Source of the DNA: Acidobacteriota bacterium
GTDB lineage: Bacteria > Acidobacteriota > Thermoanaerobaculia > Multivoradales > UBA5704
Length of the DNA: 12,713 bases
Direction of reading: 5' to 3'
NCBI GenBank assembly: GCA_040005235.1
Contig: JBDTZG010000105.1
Coordinates: 1-12,713, forward strand
Numbering within the stretch: position 1 is the first letter of the stretch; every line of letters begins with the position of its first letter. This document shows positions 6,083 through 12,713 of this stretch, one piece after another. The translations under genes were made by a program, and so were the position numbers. The notes below the pieces were generated by a model. The model searched no databases and had not been told where the DNA came from. It saw only the letters and a program-made list of their open reading frames with translations.

Positions 6083-7681
6083 CTACCGCGGAGAGCGCTC
6101 CCTGCGGCCTAGCGACCGACGCCGAATGATAGCAAACAGGGCGCCCAGCGAGCAGAGGAGCGGCGGCAGCCAGGGAGCACGGGCGTAGGGAGTGATCTCG
6201 TTTTCCCCCCAAACGCGGGAACGGATCACCCCCGTGGTGCCGAGCGCGATTCGCTGGCGCTCCGAGCCGTCGGGAGCGATCAACGCGGAGATGCCCGTGA
6301 GTCCGGCGCGCAAGAGCGTCTTGCGGTTTTCCGCCGCGCGGAAACGGGCGGCCCGGAGATGTTGATGAGGTGCCGCGGTGTCGCCGTACCAGGCGTCGTT
6401 GGTAATCGTCGCGAGCAGGGTGGCCCCTCCTTGAGACAGCTCCGCCACCTCTTCCGGGTAGACCACCTCATAGCAGATCGCCATGCCGATGCGGTCTCCG
6501 GCCGGGGGACTTTCTCCGATCACGGAGCCGGATCCTTCCGGGCCGCGATTCCAAGAGAGCAGCGTCGCCGCCGTGCCCGGCGTGTATTCGCCGATTCCGC
6601 GAGCCATCCGGCCGACCCAGCCGAGCACCGCGGAGAACGGAATGTATTCGCCGAACGGCACCAGATGGCGCTTGTCGTAACGGGTCACGATCTGGCCCCG
6701 GCCCGCCGCCTGAGCGAGCAGGTAGGCGGAATTGAAGGTCGCCGCCCCGCCTGCTTCCTTCTGACCGTTGAAGATCACCGAGCAGCCGCGCGCGACGAGC
6801 CCGAGGAGATCGCTTTTCACCACCGGATCGCGTTCATACGAGAACGGCCAAAGCGCGCTCTCGGGCAGGACGACGAGGGCTCCCGGCTCGCAGCTTTCGG
6901 ACGCGAGGTCCATCGCCTTCCTATAGTCGCGGTACGCTTCCGCGGGGTCCCACTCTTGGCGAATCGGCAGGTTGGGCTGGACGATCCGCACCGGCCGGCC
7001 GAAATCTCCCGCTTCCATCCGCTCGACGTGGTGCGTGAGCAGCCACCGGTGGCCGGCGCGCCCGGCGAGGCCGAGCAGGAGGAGCGGGAAGAGGAGGGCG
7101 AGTCCGAGGGGACGGAGGCTCTTACCGGTCCACGCGAGCGCCACGCCCACGTTCGCGAACAGAACAAGAAACGACAGGCCGAACGCGCCGATCCAGGCCG
7201 AGAGCGGCAGCGCGCCCGGGACGTCAACCCAGGCATAGGCGGCGAGGTTCCAAGGGAAGCCGCCGATCAAATGTCCGCGCAGCCATTCGAGCGCCACCCA
7301 GACCGCGGGCAGGCCCAGCAGGGCCGAGGCGCCGCCTTGGAGCCAAAGCGCCCGGCCGAACCGGGCGAAGGCGAGTTGAAAGAGAGAAAGGTAGCTCGCG
7401 AGGATCAGCAGGCAGAGGATCGCGACCGGTTTCGGCAGGCCGCCGAAACCGATCAAAGTCCCGGGAATCCAAGCCAAGCCGAGAGTCCAGGCCGCCAAGC
7501 CGTGGATGAAAGCCAAGCGGCCCGCTTTGGGATGACCGAGCAGAACGATCAGCGGCGCGAGCACCAGCCAGCCGGAGATGAGCCACGGCGTCCGGCCGAA
7601 GGCGGCGCCCCAGAGCAAGCCGGCGGCGAGCGCGAGCAGATAGGGCGCGAACGGCGCGAAGCGCCCGAATCGAAAACCCAA
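6083..7681 (-). CDS. lnt: Apolipoprotein N-acyltransferase, ~532 aa
   Basis: Multiple N-terminal TM segments with GGFPW..AY. Nitrilase-domain triad E (LPES), K (YDKRHLVPFGEY), C (ICYE), plus TNDAWYG, QH...ARFRAAE and TGISA. The TTG start is uncertain. Confidence 0.95.
   Translation of the reverse strand: MGFRFGRFAPFAPYLLALAAGLLWGAAFGRTPWLISGWLVLAPLIVLLGHPKAGRLAFIHGLAAWTLGLAWIPGTLIGFGGLPKPVAILCLLILASYLSLFQLAFARFGRALWLQGGASALLGLPAVWVALEWLRGHLIGGFPWNLAAYAWVDVPGALPLSAWIGAFGLSFLVLFANVGVALAWTGKSLRPLGLALLFPLLLLGLAGRAGHRWLLTHHVERMEAGDFGRPVRIVQPNLPIRQEWDPAEAYRDYRKAMDLASESCEPGALVVLPESALWPFSYERDPVVKSDLLGLVARGCSVIFNGQKEAGGAATFNSAYLLAQAAGRGQIVTRYDKRHLVPFGEYIPFSAVLGWVGRMARGIGEYTPGTAATLLSWNRGPEGSGSVIGESPPAGDRIGMAICYEVVYPEEVAELSQGGATLLATITNDAWYGDTAAPHQHLRAARFRAAENRKTLLRAGLTGISALIAPDGSERQRIALGTTGVIRSRVWGENEITPYARAPWLPPLLCSLGALFAIIRRRSLGRRERSPR
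6126..6134 (-). promoter_or_regulatory. Extended -10 promoter (TGC-TATCAT) for prfB, inside the lnt 3' end
   Basis: TGnTAnnnT match about 75 nt upstream of the prfB ATG. Confidence 0.5.
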
Positions 7682-7689
7682 AGGGGCGC

Positions 7690-8547
7690 CTACTGGGTCA
7701 CCCAGGTGTCGAGCTTGTAGCTCTTTTGGATCTTCGCCGCCACCGCCACGGCCCGCTCGCGTTTCTTGAACGGGCCGACCCGCACCCGGTAGAGCGGGGT
7801 GCCCTTGGTCGACGGGGAGAGGTACGCTTTCTCTCCCCCCTTGCGCAGGCGGTCGCGGACCTTGATCGCCTCATCGCGGCTTGGGGAGGCGAAGACCTGG
7901 ATGATGATCGCCCCCGGCGCGGGCTCCCGATCTCCTCCGGCCGTCGGCTGCCGGTCGGCTCCGGCCGGCCGCGGCTTCTCCGCCGCCTCGCGTCGGGCGC
8001 GATCGGCCGGTTTTTCGGTAACGGCCGGAGCGCCTGCGGGGGGGGTGGTTGCCGGCTTGACGGCTTGGGAACCGGCACGCGGAGGCTCGGACCGAACCAG
8101 CGGCTTGTCGGACGGCCTTTCGCTGGCCGCGGCCTGCCGGCCGCCCATATTATTGGGGGCACTAGGGGCATTGGGGGTTCCCGGCGTCGGCGTAGCGCTT
8201 TCTTCCCCTTCGAAAATCGTATCCGGCGACGGTTCGGGCTTTTCGGCGACCGCGGGCACGGTGCCCGGCTTGGGTGGAATCTTGGGTTCCGGCCCTTTGT
8301 CGCTCCCCGCCGTCTGAATGTCCTCGAAGAAATCGAGCGCTTCGGGTTTGCCCGCCTCGACCGTCGCGTTGTCGGGGGGAGTTGCCAACACCTGGGCGGT
8401 CTCCACCGAGGCGAGTTGCCCCTTGCCGATCCAGACGCCGGAGAGGAAGGCGACCAGCAGGCAGCCCAACAGGATCACGAACGCGCTCACCACCTGACGG
8501 TTGGTGAGCGCGATCTCGTAGTAACTCGGTTCGTCGTTCGTGCTCAA
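7690..8547 (-). CDS. SPOR domain-containing membrane-anchored cell division protein (DedD/FtsN-like architecture), 285 aa
   Basis: Short cytoplasmic N-terminus, one TM helix (VVSAFVILLGCLLVAFLSGVWIG), Pro/Ala-rich linker, and C-terminal SPOR domain (IIIQVFA...YRVRVGPF). SD GAGGAG 6 nt before TTG 8547. Confidence 0.9.
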   Translation of the reverse strand: MSTNDEPSYYEIALTNRQVVSAFVILLGCLLVAFLSGVWIGKGQLASVETAQVLATPPDNATVEAGKPEALDFFEDIQTAGSDKGPEPKIPPKPGTVPAVAEKPEPSPDTIFEGEESATPTPGTPNAPSAPNNMGGRQAAASERPSDKPLVRSEPPRAGSQAVKPATTPPAGAPAVTEKPADRARREAAEKPRPAGADRQPTAGGDREPAPGAIIIQVFASPSRDEAIKVRDRLRKGGEKAYLSPSTKGTPLYRVRVGPFKKRERAVAVAAKIQKSYKLDTWVTQ

Positions 8548-8598
8548 GCCTTGCTCCTCGCCGGGCTCGCCGCTTCGTTCGCGGCGCCCGGGACCGCA

Positions 8599-8604
8599 AG
8601 TTTA
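8599..8604 (-). promoter_or_regulatory. Possible -10 element (TAAACT) upstream of the SPOR gene
   Basis: TAnnnT hexamer in the 70-bp slipin-SPOR gap. No clear -35. Confidence 0.35.
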
Positions 8605-8617
8605 CCCAACCGCTCGG

Positions 8618-9391
8618 TCATCCCGCGGAATCCTTCTTCGGGAATCCTTCGAGGAACGGCCGCACCAGGTCGATCGGCAGCGGGAACAGGATGGTGGAGT
8701 TCTTCTCGGCCGCGATCTCGGTGAGCGTCTGGAGATAGCGCAGTTGGAGGGTGACCGGGTTCTTGGCCACGATATCGGCGGCCTGACCGAGGGCGATCGA
8801 GGCGTCGAGCTCGCCCTGGGCGTGGATGAACTTCGCCCGCTTCTCGCGCTCGGCTTCGGCTTGGCGCGCCATCGCCCGCTGCATCTCTTGCGGCAGGTCG
8901 ACGTGTTTGACCTCGACCATCGAGACCTTGACCCCCCAAGGGTCGGTCTGGTGATCGATGATTTCTTGCAGCTGGGCGTTCAGCTGATCGCGCTCCGAAA
9001 GCAGGGTATCGAGGTCGGCTTGGCCGAGAACCGAGCGTAGAGTGGTCTGCGCGACCTGGCTGGTCGCGTAGAGGAAGTTCTCGACCGAGATGATCGCCCG
9101 CGCCGGATCGACGACGCGGAAATAGACCACCGCGTTCACTTTCACCGACACGTTGTCCCGGGTGATGATGTCCTGCGGCGGCACGTCGAGGACGACCGTG
9201 CGCAGAGACACCTTCACCATTTTTTCGAACGGCCAGAAGATCAGCACCAGCCCCGGCCCCTTGGGCTCCTTGCCCACCCGGCCGAGGAAGAACGTCACCG
9301 CCCGTTCGTATTCGTTCAAGACGTTCACCCAGCGAGAGAACATGAACAGCGCGATGATCGCGACGACGCCGCACCCGACCCAGTTTCCCAT
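8618..9391 (-). CDS. Slipin / stomatin-like SPFH (band 7) protein, 257 aa
   Basis: N-terminal hydrophobic segment, [58 protein letters not shown] and LQLRYLQTL. Purine-rich SD upstream. Confidence 0.96.
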   Translation of the reverse strand: MGNWVGCGVVAIIALFMFSRWVNVLNEYERAVTFFLGRVGKEPKGPGLVLIFWPFEKMVKVSLRTVVLDVPPQDIITRDNVSVKVNAVVYFRVVDPARAIISVENFLYATSQVAQTTLRSVLGQADLDTLLSERDQLNAQLQEIIDHQTDPWGVKVSMVEVKHVDLPQEMQRAMARQAEAEREKRAKFIHAQGELDASIALGQAADIVAKNPVTLQLRYLQTLTEIAAEKNSTILFPLPIDLVRPFLEGFPKKDSAG

Positions 9392-9419
9392 GTGAATTTG
9401 ATCCCTTCCCTTAGAGGTT

Positions 9420-10799
9420 CTACGGTTGGGCGCCTACGGCCGATGGGCGTCGCGGTCCCGTCGATCGAACGCGAAGCGTGAGATTGTCGACGCCGATCAC
9501 CTCGACCGGCTCGCCGGCCGCGATCGGCCCCGCGGCGGAATCCGCGATCGCCGCCCAGATCTCGCCGTGAACGTTGATCTTACCCGCGGGATCGAGGGCG
9601 GTGCGCGCGGTGCCCCGCTCGTGGAGCATCCCTTCCTTGCCCGTGCGCACCGGCAGGCGATTCCTGCGCAGAGCCATCCAAGCCAGAAACGCGGCCATGA
9701 CTCCAGCGAAAGTGGCCAGCATCGCGACCAGACTCATCGACGCATGGAGCGCCGGCTCGGGCGAGTCGAACAAGAATAGCGAGCCGAGCACGAGAGAGAC
9801 GATTCCCGCGACGGTCAACAGGCCATAACTGGTCACTTTCACCTCGGCAGTGAAAAACACCAGAGCGAGCAGGACGAGCGCGACGCCCGCGCTGCGGAAC
9901 GGCAGCACCGACAGCGCCCAGAAAGCGAGCACCAGGGCGACCGAGCCGACGACACCGGGCAACACCGCCCCGGGGTGCATCAGCTCGAAGTAGAGCCCGA
10001 GCCCGCCGAGCACCAGAAGTGCGAGCGCGATGTTCGGATTCGCCAGATTCGACAGCGCGGCCCGGAACGCCGGCATCTCGATCTCGCGGATCGTCGCCCC
10101 CGCGACGCGGAGCGGCGAGCGGGTGGTCCCGCGGACGATCTCCCGGCCGTCTATCTTTAAGAGCAGCGCCGCAAGATCGGGCGCCACGACGTCGATCAAT
10201 TTCGCTTCGAGCGCCTCGTCGGCCGTAAACGACCGGCTCTCTCGCACGGCGGCCTCGGCGAGCTGGACGTTCCTCCCCCGCCGCACCGCGAGCGCGCGGA
10301 TCTGTGCGGCCGCGTCCTCTTCCACCTTCTTGCCCATCGCGCCGGGAATGTCGTCGCCGTCGCCGCTCACCGGATGGGCGGCCCCGGTGTTGGTCCCCGG
10401 CGCCATGGCGGCCACATCCGCCGATTCGAGAATGAAGAACCCGGCGGATGCGGCGTGCGCCCCTTCCGGCCCGACCCAGACGACCACGGGGGTTCTAGCA
10501 CCGAGGATCGCGGTCGTGATCTCGCGCGTCGAATCCATCAGTCCGCCGGGGGTGTCGAGCTGGATCACTACCGCCCGGGCCCCCGCCTCGTCCGCCTTGG
10601 CGAGCCCTTGGGAGAGGTACTCCGACAGGAGAGGATGGACGATCGAGGAGGCGCGGAGCAGGATCACTTCGCCCGAGAGGGTGGCCGGGTTCGGAGCGGC
10701 CAGAGCGATTCCGCCGAGCGCCAGCGCCGACGCACAGACGGCACGGAGCCCGTAGGAAGCGAGCCGCAGGCTGCGACGGGATCGGGCGGTGACCTTCAT
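9420..10799 (-). CDS. nfeD: NfeD family membrane-bound serine protease (long form: ClpP-like domain, TM region, OB-fold), ~459 aa
   Basis: LDTPGG, AASAG (catalytic Ser), [19 protein letters not shown], several TM helices and a C-terminal [11 protein letters not shown]-fold. Sits directly upstream of the slipin gene. Start reassigned to ATG 10799 (MKVTARSRR..., signal-peptide-like). Confidence 0.93.
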   Translation of the reverse strand: MKVTARSRRSLRLASYGLRAVCASALALGGIALAAPNPATLSGEVILLRASSIVHPLLSEYLSQGLAKADEAGARAVVIQLDTPGGLMDSTREITTAILGARTPVVVWVGPEGAHAASAGFFILESADVAAMAPGTNTGAAHPVSGDGDDIPGAMGKKVEEDAAAQIRALAVRRGRNVQLAEAAVRESRSFTADEALEAKLIDVVAPDLAALLLKIDGREIVRGTTRSPLRVAGATIREIEMPAFRAALSNLANPNIALALLVLGGLGLYFELMHPGAVLPGVVGSVALVLAFWALSVLPFRSAGVALVLLALVFFTAEVKVTSYGLLTVAGIVSLVLGSLFLFDSPEPALHASMSLVAMLATFAGVMAAFLAWMALRRNRLPVRTGKEGMLHERGTARTALDPAGKINVHGEIWAAIADSAAGPIAAGEPVEVIGVDNLTLRVRSTGPRRPSAVGAQP

Positions 10800-10805
10800 C
10801 GCTTC

Positions 10806-10811
10806 ATTATA
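10806..10811 (-). promoter_or_regulatory. Consensus -10 element TATAAT, probable leaderless nfeD-slipin transcript
   Basis: Perfect TATAAT in a GC-rich background, then 6 nt (GAAGCG), then ATG 10799. Confidence 0.65.
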
Positions 10812-10868
10812 GCGGCAGCCGCCCACCCTCGACCGCCGGACCCCCGGCATTGTAGCCTCCCCGCCACG

Positions 10869-11876
10869 ATGAACCTCCTCGATACCCCCGTCACCCGCCA
10901 GCTCGGGCTAGAAGTCCCCTTGATCTGCGGCCCAATGTACCCGTGCAGCAACCCGGAGCTGGTCGCCGCAGCGTCGGAAGCCGGGGCGATGGGGGTGGTC
11001 CAGCCGCTCTCGCTCACCTACGTCCACGGCCACGAGTTCCGCGCGGGATTGCGGTTCATCAAGAGCCTGACGGCCAAGCCGATCGGTTTGAACGTTATCG
11101 TCGAGAGATCGTCCAAGACCTACCACGAGCGGATGGAGCGCTACGTCGACGAGGCGATCGAAGAGGGGGTGCGCTTCTTCCTAACCTCGCTCGGCAACCC
11201 GCGCTGGGTGGTCGACAAAGCCCACGCCGCGGGAGGCGTCGTCTACCACGATGCGACCGAGCGCAAATGGGCACTCAAAGGTCTCGATTCCGGAGTCGAT
11301 GGCCTGATCGGCGTCAACCGCCGGGCAGGAGGCCACGCCGGCCCGCGCAGCGTCGAAGCGCTCTACGCCGAGCTGGCCGACCTGGGGGTGCCGCTCGTCT
11401 GCGCCGGAGGCATCGGGGACGAAGCCGGCTTCGTCGAAGCGCTCCAACTCGGCTACGGCGCGGTCCAGATGGGCACCCGCTTCATCGCCACCACCGAATG
11501 CAGCGCGCCCGCCGCCTACAAACAGGCGATCCTCGATTCGGAAGAAGACGACATCGTCCTCACCGAGCGCTTGACCGGCGTCCCCGTCGCGGTGATCAAC
11601 ACCCCCTACGTCGAACGCATCGGAACCAAAGCCGGCCCGATCGCCCGCTGGATGCTCCGCGGCCACAAGACTAAGCACTGGATGCGCACGATCTACGCCC
11701 TCCGGGCGTTCACCAAGCTCAAAAAGGGCGTCAAAACCTACTCCTCGAAGGACTACCTCCAAGCCGGACGAAGCGTCGAGGGGATTCACTCGATCGAACC
11801 GACGGAGGTGATCGTCCACCGGTTTCGGGATGCGGCGGGAGCGGCCAGCGTGGAAGGGCGGGCGGCGGCGGGGTGA
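10869..11876 (+). CDS. Nitronate monooxygenase / FabK-like FMN-dependent oxidoreductase, 335 aa
   Basis: GPMYPCSNPELVAAAS.AGAMG, PIGLN, AGGH, AGGIGD, GAVQMGTRFIAT.EC and YKQAI. The real start is ATG 10869; the track's extra 165 aa are antisense to nfeD. A possible -10 TAGCCT lies at 10853-10858. Confidence 0.92.
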   Translation: MNLLDTPVTRQLGLEVPLICGPMYPCSNPELVAAASEAGAMGVVQPLSLTYVHGHEFRAGLRFIKSLTAKPIGLNVIVERSSKTYHERMERYVDEAIEEGVRFFLTSLGNPRWVVDKAHAAGGVVYHDATERKWALKGLDSGVDGLIGVNRRAGGHAGPRSVEALYAELADLGVPLVCAGGIGDEAGFVEALQLGYGAVQMGTRFIATTECSAPAAYKQAILDSEEDDIVLTERLTGVPVAVINTPYVERIGTKAGPIARWMLRGHKTKHWMRTIYALRAFTKLKKGVKTYSSKDYLQAGRSVEGIHSIEPTEVIVHRFRDAAGAASVEGRAAAG

Positions 11877-11979
11877 GGCCGGAGACGCCCCGACGTGTTG
11901 CACCCTCCCAGCGACCGCCTACGGCGCGCGTCACGCTCCCCTTGCGCCACGCTCTCCCATGTTCCAGACTGCGCCCCCA

Positions 11980-12713
11980 ATGACGAAGAGCGGAATCGGC
12001 GACAGTCCGCCGCGGCCGGATGGGGCGGCGAAGGTGTCGGGCGCGGCTCGGTATGTGGACGATATCTCGCTGCCCGGGATGTGGTTCGGCGCGACGCTGC
12101 GGAGCCCGCATCCGCATGCGCGGATTCGGTCGCTGCGCTTTCATCCCGAGCGGGCGCCGGAGGGTGCGGTGGCCGTCACCTCCGCGGACCTTCCCGGTCC
12201 GAACGGCGTTCATCTGCTGGACGACAGTTGGCCGATCCTCGCCGACGGTGTCGTTCGGCATGTGGCCGAGCCGGTGGCGCTGGTCGCGGCTCCTACCCGG
12301 CTTGCCGCGCGGCAGGCGCTCGCGGCATTCGATGTCGAGTACGAGGTGTTGGCTCCGATCCTCACGATGGATGAGGCCGAGCCGCTCCCGCCGCTTTACG
12401 AGTTGGCGATGGAGTCCGGCAAGCCGGGCGATCTGGAGGCCGCTTTCGCTCGGGCGGATCGGACGATCGAGGGCGAAGTCCGGATGGGGCATCAGGAGCA
12501 CATCTACATCGAATGCCAGGGGATGATCGCCTGGATGGAAGAGGGCACGCTCCACGCGCTCGGCTCGATGCAGTGCCCGTATTACGTCCATAAGGCCCTC
12601 ACTCATGCGTTCGACCTTCCCGACGAGCGGGTGCGGGTGCGCGCCTCGGTGGTCGGCGGCGGCTTCGGCGGCAAAGAGGATTTTCCCAGCGCTCTCGCCA
12701 TCCATGCCGCCCT
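11980..12713 (+). CDS. Xanthine dehydrogenase family molybdopterin-binding subunit (5' part; runs off the window)
   Basis: Not in the ORF track. Hand translation gives MTKSGIGDSPPRPDGAAKVSGAARYVDDISLPGMWFGATLRSPHPHARI...VRHVAEPVALVAA...GHQEHIYIECQG...GSMQCPYYVHKAL...VGGGFGGKEDFPS. Alternative in-frame ATG at 11959. Confidence 0.94.
   Translation, partial: MTKSGIGDSPPRPDGAAKVSGAARYVDDISLPGMWFGATLRSPHPHARIRSLRFHPERAPEGAVAVTSADLPGPNGVHLLDDSWPILADGVVRHVAEPVALVAAPTRLAARQALAAFDVEYEVLAPILTMDEAEPLPPLYELAMESGKPGDLEAAFARADRTIEGEVRMGHQEHIYIECQGMIAWMEEGTLHALGSMQCPYYVHKALTHAFDLPDERVRVRASVVGGGFGGKEDFPSALAIHAA

Noticed and set aside
6359-9374. ORFs 6359..7720 (+), 7726..8724 (+) and 8544..9374 (-)
   Set aside because: Shadow or alternate-frame ORFs over lnt, the SPOR gene and the slipin gene.
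10374-10868. Apparent 165-aa N-terminal extension or fusion on the nitronate monooxygenase
   Set aside because: It overlaps nfeD antisense; family similarity starts at MNLLDTP (10869).
11731-12705. 324-aa minus-strand ORF
   Set aside because: Antisense shadow of the xanthine dehydrogenase-family subunit found on the plus strand.
1-12713. tRNA, rRNA, CRISPR array, transposase or integrase
   Set aside because: None seen; intergenic gaps are all under 200 bp and lack such signatures.

Overview
High-GC bacterial window, almost fully coding. Gene order and style suggest Acidobacteriota (Thermoanaerobaculia-like), but that is inference. Left arm, minus strand: a vanadium-dependent haloperoxidase of the algal/cyanobacterial bromoperoxidase type with locally lower GC, then an FMN alpha-hydroxy-acid oxidase translationally coupled to a GNAT acetyltransferase (truncated, missing from the ORF track). 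Divergent from these is a two-gene unit: a ThiS/MoaD ubiquitin-like protein ending in GG plus a cytoplasmic Asp-box beta-propeller. A REP-like palindrome doublet follows. The middle is a minus-strand run nfeD - slipin (SPFH) - SPOR protein - lnt - prfB; prfB has the programmed +1 frameshift in a non-canonical CTT-TGA-G context. Right arm, plus strand: a nitronate monooxygenase-family flavoprotein and the 5' part of a xanthine dehydrogenase-family molybdopterin subunit (also missing from the ORF track). The best candidates for an undescribed system are the haloperoxidase/oxidase/GNAT cluster and the orphan Ubl + beta-propeller pair. All calls come from motif recognition by eye; no searches were run.
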